A stretch of DNA of 10,693 nucleotides from Octopus sinensis (GCF_006345805.1 NW_021827380.1:1-10693), one strand, 5' to 3'; shown: positions 1 through 8,662, counted from the first letter of the stretch. The notes: a model not told the origin generated them from the sequence alone. Translations and numbers: made by a program.

Positions 1-263
1 AGCCCACTGACTTTTCCCGGTTGATTTTTGCTCCTGTCACCGCTTCGTAGTTTTTTCAGTGTCTCGCCGACCAGCTCGATGTGCTCGTGGCTAGACACTA
101 TGACGGTGACGTCGTCCGCGTATGCAGACACGCTCGTCCCGCATCCCAGTTCTCGCGGGATATCTCTCAAGGTTGCCAGCTTCCGCAATAATGGCTCGAG
201 AGTCAATACGTATAGAAGCGACGAGAGGGGGCATCCCTGACGGACCGAACGTGCGATGTCGAA
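1..263 (-). mobile_element. 5'-truncated non-LTR retrotransposon (L1/Tx1 clade) reverse transcriptase fragment, frameshifted, running off the window start
   Basis: Manual minus-strand translation from 263: FDIARSVRQGCPLSSLLYVLTLEPLLRKL...SVSAYADDVTVIVSSHEHIELVGETLK, then a frameshift in the T6 run at 51-56, then YEAVTGAKINREKSVG. RQGCPLS, YADD (111-122) and GAKIN..KS are typical L1/Tx1 RT motifs. This frame is not in the ORF track. Confidence 0.92.
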
Positions 264-287
264 GAGATAGATAGATAGATATGTAGG

Positions 288-342
<55 letters not shown>

Positions 343-360
343 GTAGGTAGATCGGTAGAT
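264..360. repeat. (GATA)n/(GGTA)n microsatellite
   Basis: Read directly from the sequence. Confidence 0.98.
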
Positions 361-474
361 ATGTTTCTTTATTAGCCACACAGGGCTGCACACAGATAGA
401 ACAAATTACAAGGTAGAGCTTTTCTTTTGAAGATTAAAAAAAAAAAGAAAAAAAAAGGAAGGGGGAGTTTCGAA
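361..474 (-). mobile_element. Probable LINE 3' UTR terminal fragment
   Basis: Minus strand: T-rich tract, then ...ctgtgtgcagccctgtgtggctAATAAAgaaacat followed by (TATC)n. Same orientation as the RT fragment and similar to the SINE tail at ~8720-8768. Confidence 0.55.
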
Positions 475-520
475 GATAGGTAGGTAGGTAGATAGATAGA
501 TAGATAGATAGGTAGATAGG

Positions 521-559
<39 letters not shown>

Positions 560-652
560 GTAGATAGATAGATAGATAGATAGATCGATAGATAGATAGA
601 TAGATAGATAGATAGGTAGGTAGATAGGTAGATAGATAGGTAGGTAGATAGG

Positions 653-702
<50 letters not shown>
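475..702. repeat. (GATA)n/(GGTA)n microsatellite
   Basis: Read directly from the sequence. Confidence 0.98.
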
Positions 703-703
<1 letters not shown>

Positions 704-778
704 AATATAATATATGAACCAAGCTAGTTTAAGATTAGTCTGATTGCGTTAATATATATATAGTTATATTTGTGACAG

Positions 779-972
779 GGTCTCAGAAACGGCAGATGTT
801 AATGAGAAGGACAGTGACCTTCGTTATTATGACAGTTCTTGGAAAATCTATATTAGCCAGGTAAGAACTGAGAAACTATGAAGTTGACGTTTCATTTGTG
901 CCTTCTTAAATGACAGAAATGGTTCTTCGACCACCTTAATTGCTTTGGATTACGGATAGGTTCCCAGATCAG
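779..972 (+). other. Two candidate small exons (779-860 and 917-972) of an unidentified gene
   Basis: tgacAG acceptors end at 778 and 916; CAG|GTAAGA (861) and CAG|GTAACT (973) donors. The spliced frame is open: VSETADVNEKDSDLRYYDSSWKIYISQ|KWFFDHLNCFGLRIGSQI. No family recognised. Confidence 0.25.
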
Positions 973-1050
973 GTAACTTGCAGAAACACTTTCTAGATAA
1001 ATATTGTCGACAGCCAAAATTTTGTTATAATAAAGAGTTTAGTCAATATA

Positions 1051-1188
1051 AGGTTGTCCCAAAAGTCGTAGTAGAAAGTCTTGGAAAATAATGGTCTTTA
1101 TTTTGAGGAATAATTTTTTGTTGTTTTGTTAGTACTTGGCGAGTAAAAATTCAATTTTCGCAAGTGTTACGAACTTTGGGGAAAGCCT
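1051..1188. mobile_element. Degenerate MITE-like element with ~21-bp terminal inverted repeats
   Basis: aggttgtcccaaaagtcgta (1051-1070) matches the reverse complement of 1168-1188 (aggctttccccaaagttcgta) at 17 of 21 aligned positions. Confidence 0.4.
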
Positions 1189-1366
1189 AAATAATGTTAC
1201 ACAGATATGAGGGAAGGTGCAATAGTGATCGGTGGAATTTCGGAATAGCAATCTCTTACCTCACGGAGACGGAAACGGACAAGTCATTCATCAAAGATCA
1301 ATACCATATTTTTTAATCGGTTGGTAAATAAATAAAATAAAAGGCTATCGATAATACGATAGAACG

Positions 1367-1501
1367 GAGTTAAAATTCCGCCAAGGTCGACTTTGCCTTT
1401 CACCCTTTCGGGGTCGATAAATTAAATACCAGCTGCCCATTGGGGTCGATGTAATGGACTATCACCCTCTCCCAAATTTCAGGCCTTGTGCCTATAGTAG
1501 A
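1367..1501 (+). mobile_element. tRNA-derived SINE family A, 5'-truncated copy
   Basis: Degenerate B box gagttaaaattcc, then the shared body gtcgactttgcctttcaccctttcggggtcgataaa...ggggtcgatgtaat and a trinucleotide tail. Confidence 0.85.
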
Positions 1502-1513
1502 ATTATTATTATT

Positions 1514-1591
<78 letters not shown>

Positions 1592-1600
1592 ATTATCATT
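1502..1600. repeat. (ATT)n(GTT)n(ATT)n compound microsatellite (SINE tail)
   Basis: Read directly; source of the poly-N/V/I/T ORFs. Confidence 0.97.
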
Positions 1601-1604
1601 AACG

Positions 1605-1813
1605 GGCAGCAAGCTGGCAGAATCGTTAGCACGACGGGCGAAATGCTAAGTGGTATTTCGTCTGCCGTACGTTCCGAGTTCAAACTCCGCCGAGGTCAAC
1701 TTCGTCTTTAATCCTTTCAGGGTTGATAAAATAAGTACCAGTTAAATACTGGGGTCGATGCAATCGACATCCCCTCCCCCAAAATTACTGCCCTTATGAC
1801 AAAATTTGAAAGC
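1605..1813 (+). mobile_element. tRNA-derived SINE family A, near full-length copy
   Basis: A-box-like tggcagaatcg (1615-1625), B box gagttcaaactcc (1676-1688) and the same body as other copies. The body resembles the Meta/MESC SINE domain as I recall it (unverified). Confidence 0.88.
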
Positions 1814-1829
1814 ATTATTACTACTACTG

Positions 1830-1863
<34 letters not shown>

Positions 1864-1921
1864 CGCTATCATCATCATCATCATCATTATTATTATTATT
1901 ATTATTATTATGTTATTATTA
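1814..1921. repeat. (ACT)n(ATC)n(ATT)n compound microsatellite
   Basis: Read directly from the sequence. Confidence 0.97.
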
Positions 1922-2254
1922 TGTGAGAGAGCACTGCATGCCATCAAAGTGACACTGGGGTAAAATATACGAAGCCCAAATATATCATGACTACCCGTCT
2001 GATAAGGGTACACTAGGCACATACATCACAACCATATGTGTGCGACATGGTGATCTCATATCAAGATAAACAGGACATGACCTTGCAGGTGGGGCCCAGT
2101 TAGAATTTTCTTCAGGTCGAGTAACCCATCCCGCTCAAAAGGTCCCTGAATAAGGGTTGTTTAAGGATGTTGAACGAAACACCCATGTTTCCAGAGGTGA
2201 ATTATTCAAACCCTAAATAATTCCTTTCAATATACGGTTATGATGCTCCCCCAC

Positions 2255-2255
<1 letters not shown>
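1922..2255. mobile_element. Interspersed repeat family D (unclassified, SINE-sized) between (ATT)n tracts
   Basis: 2061-2185 recurs at 8531-8655 with only scattered substitutions. Flanked by (ATT)n on both sides (to 1921 and 2257-2306). Confidence 0.65.
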
Positions 2256-2307
<52 letters not shown>

Positions 2308-2309
<2 letters not shown>

Positions 2310-2388
2310 GGGTCGATGTAATCGACTTAACCCCTCCCCCAAAATGGTTGCCCTTGTGACAAAATTTGGAACCATTACCATCATTATT
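2308..2388 (+). mobile_element. SINE family A 3' fragment
   Basis: tggggtcgatgtaatcgacttaacccctcccccaaaat...gcccttgtgacaaaatttg matches the 3' part of the 1605 copy. Confidence 0.8.
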
Positions 2389-2392
2389 AGTA

Positions 2393-2805
2393 GACGGCGA
2401 GCTGGGAGAATCGTCAGCAGGTTGGGTGAAATGTTTAGCAGTATTTTGTCAGTCTTCGTGTTCTGAGTTCAAATTCTGACGAAGTTGGCTTTGCTTTTCA
2501 TCTTTTCGAGATCGATAAAATAAGTACCAGTTATGTACTGAGGGTTGATGTAATTGACTTAGGCCCTCCCCTGAACTTGGTAGCCTTGTACTAACATTTG
2601 AATACATTCTTATTGTTGTTGAACGAAATGTTTAGCGGCGTTTCGTCTGACTTTACGTTCTGAGTTCAAATTCCGCCTAGGTCGACTTTGCCTTTCATTC
2701 TTTCGGGGGTCAATGAAATAAGTAAGTTATGAATTGAGATTGATGAAATTGATTAACCTGGACTCTCCTCAAAATTGCTGGCCTTGTGCCAAAATTTTAA
2801 ACATT
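2393..2805 (+). mobile_element. Head-to-tail SINE family A dimer (copy A' 2393-2620 plus 5'-truncated copy B' 2621-2805)
   Basis: Two consecutive family A bodies joined at ttgttgttgaacgaaatg, each with a gagttcaaattc B box. Confidence 0.85.
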
Positions 2806-2817
2806 ATTTTAAACACA

Positions 2818-2992
2818 GGCGCAGGAGTGGTGTGTGTGGGTAAGTAGCTTGTTTACCAACCACATGATCCGGGTTCAGTCCCACTGCATGGCACCTTGGG
2901 CAAGTGTCTTCTACTATAGCCTCGGCCGACAAAGCCTTGTGAGTGGATTTGGTAGACGGAAACTGAAAGAAGCCCGTCGTATATATGTATAT

Positions 2993-3042
<50 letters not shown>

Positions 3043-3266
3043 TGTGTGTGTTTGTGTGTCTGTGTCTGTCCACCTAGCATCGCTTGACAACCGATGCTGG
3101 TGTGTTTATGTCCCCGTTACCTAGCGGTTCGGCAAAAAGAGACCGATAGAATAAGTACTGGGCTTACAAAAGAATAAGTCCCGGGCTTGAGTTGCTCGAT
3201 TAAAGGCGGTGCTCCAGCATGGCCGCAGTCAAATGACTGAAACAAGTAAAAGAGTAAAAAAAGAGT
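2818..3266 (+). mobile_element. tRNA-derived CORE-like SINE family B, full length, with internal (TA)n(TG)n tract
   Basis: Head ggcgcaggagtgg...gggttcagtccc (B-box-like) and CORE-like gcaccttgggcaagtgtctt. The 5' half recurs at 5067-5250 and the 3' end recurs inverted at 10191-10305. Confidence 0.85.
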
Positions 3267-3902
3267 ATTACATTCATCAGGGTGGTGAGTTGGGCCCAGT
3301 GAGATTTGAACGCGAAACGTAAAGACCCAGAAGAGATACGACAGGTATTTTATCCCCTTTGTTTCAACCCACCAGCCTAAAATAAGGTATTAATAGTTTG
3401 AACTGTGTTTCCTCATTCTATCTTATATCTCAAATCATGCGCAATCATGCTCCTCTTTCAATATTTTGCAACACACACACACACCACACACACACACACA
3501 TAACGGCTATTTAATCTGTAATGAAGAATCGCTATTAGGATGCCAACAGTCCCTAATGGTCTTTGAATAGAATGAAAGAAGAGGAAATTTATCACAAAGT
3601 GGCGCTCAAATAGACAGAGTTCTCTTATTAAAAGATCATAGAAATTCCTGGAGTGAGATGAAAAATAAAAAGGAAAAATAAAAAAATAAACGTAAACTGG
3701 AACGACGAAACAACGTAAAAACGAAACGACAATGAAACCGCAAACAAAACTGTAAAACGTTATTTTAGCTGTTGGAAAATTAAAATCGATTATGGCATGC
3801 AAGCAGGAATCATACGAGAGTAAGTTGATACGTGTAGAATTGGTAACAAAATTCTTTGTACAAGTGTTGCGAATGAAGATGTGTTTTGTTTGTTCACGGG
3901 AA

Positions 3903-4159
<257 letters not shown>

Positions 4160-4160
4160 A

Positions 4161-4439
4161 AGTTAATCCAAACAAGAAAAACACAGAAAAAAAGAGAAAA
4201 AAACATATATATATCCCTTTCAACATGTGATCTCTTGAGCACCACCAGCAAAAATATTTTTTTCTCTGTCTTCCCTTCTTGGGATCTTTCCTTCTCCTTG
4301 TTTCCGACGAAGAGCTCCGCTCGAAACGTTAAACCCTCCTTCCTTCTTTCAGAGCGTCAAATAATACTTTAATTGTTCCACGTCCTCGCGTTGCTGTGTT
4401 TTTTTTTTTTTCTCTTTTTTTCTGTGTTTTCTTGTTGAT

Positions 4440-4444
<5 letters not shown>
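4161..4444 (+). mobile_element. Short element with ~40-bp inverted termini and an internal hammerhead motif; probable Penelope-like element pseudo-LTR remnant
   Basis: 4161-4203 (agttaatccaaacaagaaaaacacagaaaaaaagagaaaaaaa) is nearly the reverse complement of 4405-4444. (TA)n lies on both sides. Confidence 0.65.
4300..4334 (+). ncRNA. Minimal type I hammerhead ribozyme motif with a U4C core change
   Basis: gttt-CCGACGA-a-gagc-tcc-gctc-GAAA-cg-TT-aaac: stem I gttt/aaac, stem II gagc/gctc, palindromic (A)ACGT(T) in place of stem III. Confidence 0.65.
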
Positions 4445-4470
<26 letters not shown>

Positions 4471-4471
4471 G

Positions 4472-4512
<41 letters not shown>

Positions 4513-4519
4513 TATAATA
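4445..4519. repeat. (TA)n microsatellite
   Basis: Read directly from the sequence. Confidence 0.97.
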
Positions 4520-5000
4520 TTAGAGACAAAAACACTATTTTGCAAAACAAACAAGGAAAGACTTAATCAATACATAAAATTTTAATAAAAAGTCAAAAAA
4601 ACCGCTACTACAATGTTTCTTGTCTTGATCGACAATTTCAGTGGGACTTCCAATTCCTACGTCCTGGTTTTGTTTTTATCCTTACCATTATTGTTTTACG
4701 TTTTTGTATTCTTATTCGTGCTTTCCTTATTGTTTTTACGTATTTTTGTATTTTTACTCGTGTAACATCGTCCGTTTTCCGTCCTTGTGTTGTATACATT
4801 CGAAGCTTTCTTCCAAGGGATCTAATGCGCTTGGCTTAGATTTCCCTTGGGGGCTGCCCAGGTCGGAGCAATCTCAAGATTAATCAGCCGAAATTGCGAA
4901 GATGATCCGGTTCTTGACTGATGACTGAGGGCTTCGAATGTCCCGTCCTGTGGTTCTTGTGTCGTCTCTATGTGTTTCACGTTCTTGTCCCAGGTTTGTA
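4520..5000. mobile_element. Unclassified structured element between microsatellites, possibly Penelope-like/retrozyme-like
   Basis: Bounded by (TA)n and (CA)n(TA)n. Contains a T-rich tract, a hairpin at 4813-4850 and two hammerhead-like motifs on opposite strands. Confidence 0.45.
4852..4928 (+). ncRNA. Candidate non-circularly permuted hammerhead ribozyme
   Basis: gcaa-TC (4868-4873) pairs with GAAA-ttgc (4890-4897). tcaaga (4874-4879) pairs with tcttga (4912-4917), which directly precedes CTGATGA (4918-4924). cagcc before GAAA pairs with ggctg (4852-4856), or tcag pairs with ctga (4925-4928). Confidence 0.45.
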
Positions 5001-5066
5001 TATATTTTTTACTTTTTATACACACACACACACACACACATATAATAATATAGTATATATATATAT

Positions 5067-5250
5067 GCGCAGGAGTGGCTGTGTGGTAAGTAGCTTGCTA
5101 ACCAACCACATGGTTCCGGGTTCAGTCCCACTGCGTGGCATCTTGGGCAAGTGTCTTCTGCTATAGCCCCGGACCGACCAATGCCTTGTGAGTGGATTTG
5201 GTAGACGGAAACTGAAAGAAGCCTGTCGTATATATGCATATATATATATA
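5067..5250 (+). mobile_element. SINE family B 5' half, ending in its internal (TA)n tract
   Basis: Close match to 2819-3000. Confidence 0.88.
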
Positions 5251-5292
5251 TGATGAAGGGATATCCATAATGTCCCAGAAAAAGCTGCAAGA
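5251..5292 (+). ncRNA. Decayed, 5'-clipped minimal hammerhead-like motif
   Basis: TGATGA-a-gggata-tccataa-tgtccc-a-GAAA-a-agct-g-ca. 6-bp stem II with one G-U and a palindromic agct loop; C3 and the stem I 5' strand are replaced by (TA)n. Confidence 0.45.
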
Positions 5293-5353
5293 CTATATCT
5301 ATATCAATAATAAATCTTAGAGCGAGTTATAAACAGTAGCTGCAACACAATCC

Positions 5354-5502
5354 TGACGTATATTGCCATTTAAATATGGCTAACCCCTAAGGGTGGATGC
5401 TACTAGTTTGTAGCCCCAGGAGGAGGTGTCCTCCTGAGGCTACAAACTACAGTAGCATCCACCCTTAGGGGTTAGCCATATTTAAATGGCAAATATACGT
5501 CA
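5354..5502. repeat. 149-bp near-perfect inverted repeat (fold-back), 4-nt loop at 5425-5428
   Basis: tgacgtatattgccatttaaatatggctaacccctaagggtggatgctac...caggagga-ggtg-tcctcctg...gtagcatccacccttaggggttagccatatttaaatggcaaatatacgtca; one mismatch and two small indels. Confidence 0.95.
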
Positions 5503-5580
5503 CGGTATATCTATATCTTTTTCCATATAAATGTCCTGAAAAACTCTCACAGCCTTGGGTTTGTTATCTCATTTTGTCTA

Positions 5581-5627
5581 ATACATACATACATACATAC
5601 ATATATATGTATATATATACACACACA

Positions 5628-5678
<51 letters not shown>

Positions 5679-5870
5679 GTGCATGTGTGTATAATATGTG
5701 TGTATGTGGGTGTATATATACATATTTATATACACGTATATATATATATATATACATTATATATTCACACATACATATATGTATATATATATATACACAC
5801 ATATACACACATAAATATACACGCACACACGTATAAGTATGTAAATACTGCATCTCTCTCTCTCTCTCTC

Positions 5871-5936
<66 letters not shown>

Positions 5937-5977
5937 CATATATACTTACATATATATGTAAATACATATGCATATAT
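5581..5977. repeat. Compound (TACA)/(TA)/(CA)/(TC) microsatellite region
   Basis: Read directly from the sequence. Confidence 0.95.
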
Positions 5978-6025
5978 GGGTACAGGACGTCGAAGAACGT
6001 AAGCAACATGAAACACGAAATACGA

Positions 6026-6350
6026 AATGGACTGATGGAACGCCTTGTCGACACCTTCAAAGAAGCCCTTAGAAAATCCAATTAGGGAGTCGAGTATGAG
6101 GTAGCTTTACAAGAATTTTAAAAAATGTACCGTGTGACACCAAAACTGAGTACACCAGCAGGTAGCTTGTCCAGCGGAGCTGACGTGTGCAAGGAAAGTA
6201 AAATCAGTCTTTGGTAAATGGTACCTGGCAAGAAAAGAAGAAAGAGCTAGGGAAGACTTGGAAATTCTTTAAATTCTTTAAAGTTGGTGAAAAGGTGTAA
6301 TTACCAAATGCACAGGTAAAACGATGTATTGGGTAAAACGTATTGGGAGA
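6026..6350 (+). pseudogene. Decayed Ty3/Gypsy LTR-retrotransposon integrase fragment
   Basis: Manual translation: NGLMERLVDTFKEALRKSN*GVEYEVALQEF*KMYRVTPKLSTPAG, a frameshift, CPAELTCARKVKSVF, and later FKVGEKV* and KRIGR. Fits the NG..ER...TFK..L / YR.TP / SPAEL..GR integrase pattern, with stops. Confidence 0.8.
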
Positions 6351-8530
6351 GTCGTTAGCAGGTTGGGTGAAATGCTTAGCAGTATTTCGTCAGTCTTCAG
6401 GTTCTGAGTTCTAATTCTGACGAGGTCGGCTTTGGTTTTCATCCTTTCGGGATCGATAAAATAAGTACCAGTTATGTACTGGGGTTGATGTAATTGACTT
6501 AAGCCCTCCCCTGAATTGGTAGCCTTGCACTAAAATTTGAACTCATTGTTATTGTTGTTGAACGAAATGGGCAGTATTTCGTCAGTCTTCAGGTTCTGAG
6601 TTCTAATTCTGACGAGGTCGGCTTTGGTTTTCATCCTTTCGGGATCGATAAAATAAGTACCAGTTATGTACTGGGGTTGATGTAATTGACTTAAGCCCTC
6701 CCCTGAACTTGGTAGCCTTGTACTAAAATTTGAACTCATTGTTATTGTTGTTGAACGAAATGCTTAGCAGTATTTCGTCAGTCTTCAGGTTCTGAGTTCT
6801 AATTCTGACGAGGTCGGCTTTGGTTTTCATCCTTTCGGGATCGATAAAATAAGTACCAGTTATGTACTGGGGTTGATGTAATTGACTTAAGCCCTCCCCT
6901 GAACTTGGTAGCCTTACACTAAAATTTGAACTCATTGTTATTGTTGTTGAACGAAATGCTTAGCAGTATTTCGTCAGTCTTCAGGTTCTGAGTTCTAATT
7001 CTGACGAGGTCGGCTTTGGTTTTCATCCTTTCGGGATCGATAAAATAAGTACCAGTTATGTACTGGGGTTGATGTAATTGACTTAAGCCCTCCCCTGAAC
7101 TTGGTAGCCTTGTACTAAAATTTGAACTCATTGTTATTGTTGTTGAACGAAATGCTTAGCAGTATTTCGTCAGTCTTCAGGTTCTGAGTTCTAATTCTGA
7201 CGAGGTCGGCTTTGGTTTTCATCCTTTCGGGATCGATAAAATAAGTACCAGTTATGTACTGGGGTTGATGTAATTGACTTAAGCCCTCCCCTGAACTTGG
7301 TAGCCTTGTACAAATTTGAACTCATTGTTATTTGTTGAACGAAATGCTTAGCAGTATTTCGTCAGTCTTCAGGTTTGAGTTCTAATTCTGACGAGGTCGG
7401 CTTTGGTTTTCATCCTTTCGGGATCGATAAAATAAGTACCAGTTATGTACTGGGGTTGATGTAATTGACTTAAGCCCTCCCCTGAACTTGGTAGCCTTGT
7501 ACTAAAATTTGAACTCATTGTTATTGTTGTTGAACGAAATGCTTAGCAGTATTTCGTCAGTCTTCAGGTTCTGAGTTCTAATTCTGACGAGGTCGGCTTT
7601 GGTTTTCATCCTTTCGGGATCGATAAAATAAGTACCAGTTATGTACTGGGGTTGATGTAATTGACTTAAGCCCTCCCCTGAACTTGGTAGCCTTGTACTA
7701 AAATTTGAACTCATTGTTATTGTTGTTGAACGAAATGCTTAGCAGTATTTCGTCAGTCTTCAGGTTCTGAGTTCTAATTCTGACGAGGTCGGCTTGGTTT
7801 TCATCCTTCGGGATCGATAAAATAAGTACCAGTTATGTACTGGGGTTGATGTAATTGACTTAAGCCCTCCCCTGAACTTGGTAGCCTTGTACTAAAATTT
7901 GAACTCATTGTTATTGTTGTTGAACGAAATGCTAGCAGTATTTCGTCAGTCTTCAGGTTCTGAGTTCTAATTCTGACGAGGTCGGCTTTGGTTTTCATCC
8001 TTTCGGGATCGATAAAATAAGTACCAGTTATGTACTGGGGTTGATGTAATGACTTAAGCCCTCCCCTGAAATTGGTAGCCTTGTACTAAAATTTGAACTC
8101 ATTGTTATGTTGTTGAACGAATGCTTAGCAGTATTTCGTCAGTCTTCAGGTTCTGAGTTCTAATTCTGACGAGGTCGGCTTTGGTTTCATCTTTCGGGGA
8201 TCGATAAAATAAGTACCAGTTATGTACTGGGGTTGATGTAATTGACTTAAGCCCTCCCCGAACTTGGTAGCCTTGTACTAAAATTGAACTCATTGTATTG
8301 TTGTTGAACGAATGCTTGCAGTTATTCGTCAGTCTTCAGGTTCTGAGTTCTAATTCTGACGAGGTCGGCTTTGGTTTCATCCTTTCGGGATCGATAAAAT
8401 AAGTACCAGTTATGTACTGGGGTGATGTAATTGACTTAAGCCCTCCCCGAACTTGGTAGCTTGTACTAAAATTTGAACTCATTGTTATTGTTGTTGAACG
8501 AAATGTTTAGCGGTGTTTCGTCTGACTTTA
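6344..8530 (+). repeat. Tandem array of 11 near-identical ~196-bp units derived from SINE family A
   Basis: Unit starts (gaaatg or gaatg) at 6369, 6564, 6757, 6953, 7149, 7341, 7536, 7732, 7926, 8119 and 8310; the divergent B' copy begins at 8500. Unit lengths are 190-196 bp. Confidence 0.97.
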
Positions 8531-8655
8531 TCAATATAAACAGCGTATGACCTTGCAGGTGGAGCCCAGTTAGAATTTTCTTCAGGTCGAATAGGCTATC
8601 CCGCTCAAAAGGCCCCTGAATAAGGGTTGCTTAAGGATGTTGAACGAAACACCCA
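8531..8655. mobile_element. Internal fragment of repeat family D
   Basis: 125-bp colinear match to 2061-2185. Confidence 0.85.
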
Positions 8656-8662
8656 CTTACTT

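Noticed and set aside
28-240. 70-aa plus-strand ORF
   Set aside because: Antisense shadow of the RT fragment.
3300-3350. Minus-strand SINE head fragment (gagatttgaacgcgaaacgtaaagac)
   Set aside because: Too short and diverged to delimit confidently.
3571-3652. Short open frame NERRGNLSQSGAQIDRVLLLKDHRNSW as an exon
   Set aside because: Weak acceptor and donor and no recognisable homology.
6530-8293. Repeated 62-70 aa ORFs (MSSNFSTRLP...)
   Set aside because: Antisense readings of a SINE-derived unit; they recur only because the DNA is repeated.
6369-8499. Array as a retrozyme with a hammerhead in each unit (CTGACGA and GAAA on +; CTGAAGA..GAAA on -)
   Set aside because: No adequate stem I on + and no stem II on -. 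CTGACGA derives from SINE ccgccga and pairs with tcgtcag instead, and the GAAA sits in the acgaaatgct/agtatttcgt hairpin.
6344-8530. CRISPR-like array
   Set aside because: Whole units repeat with no unique spacers, there are no cas genes, and the context is eukaryotic.
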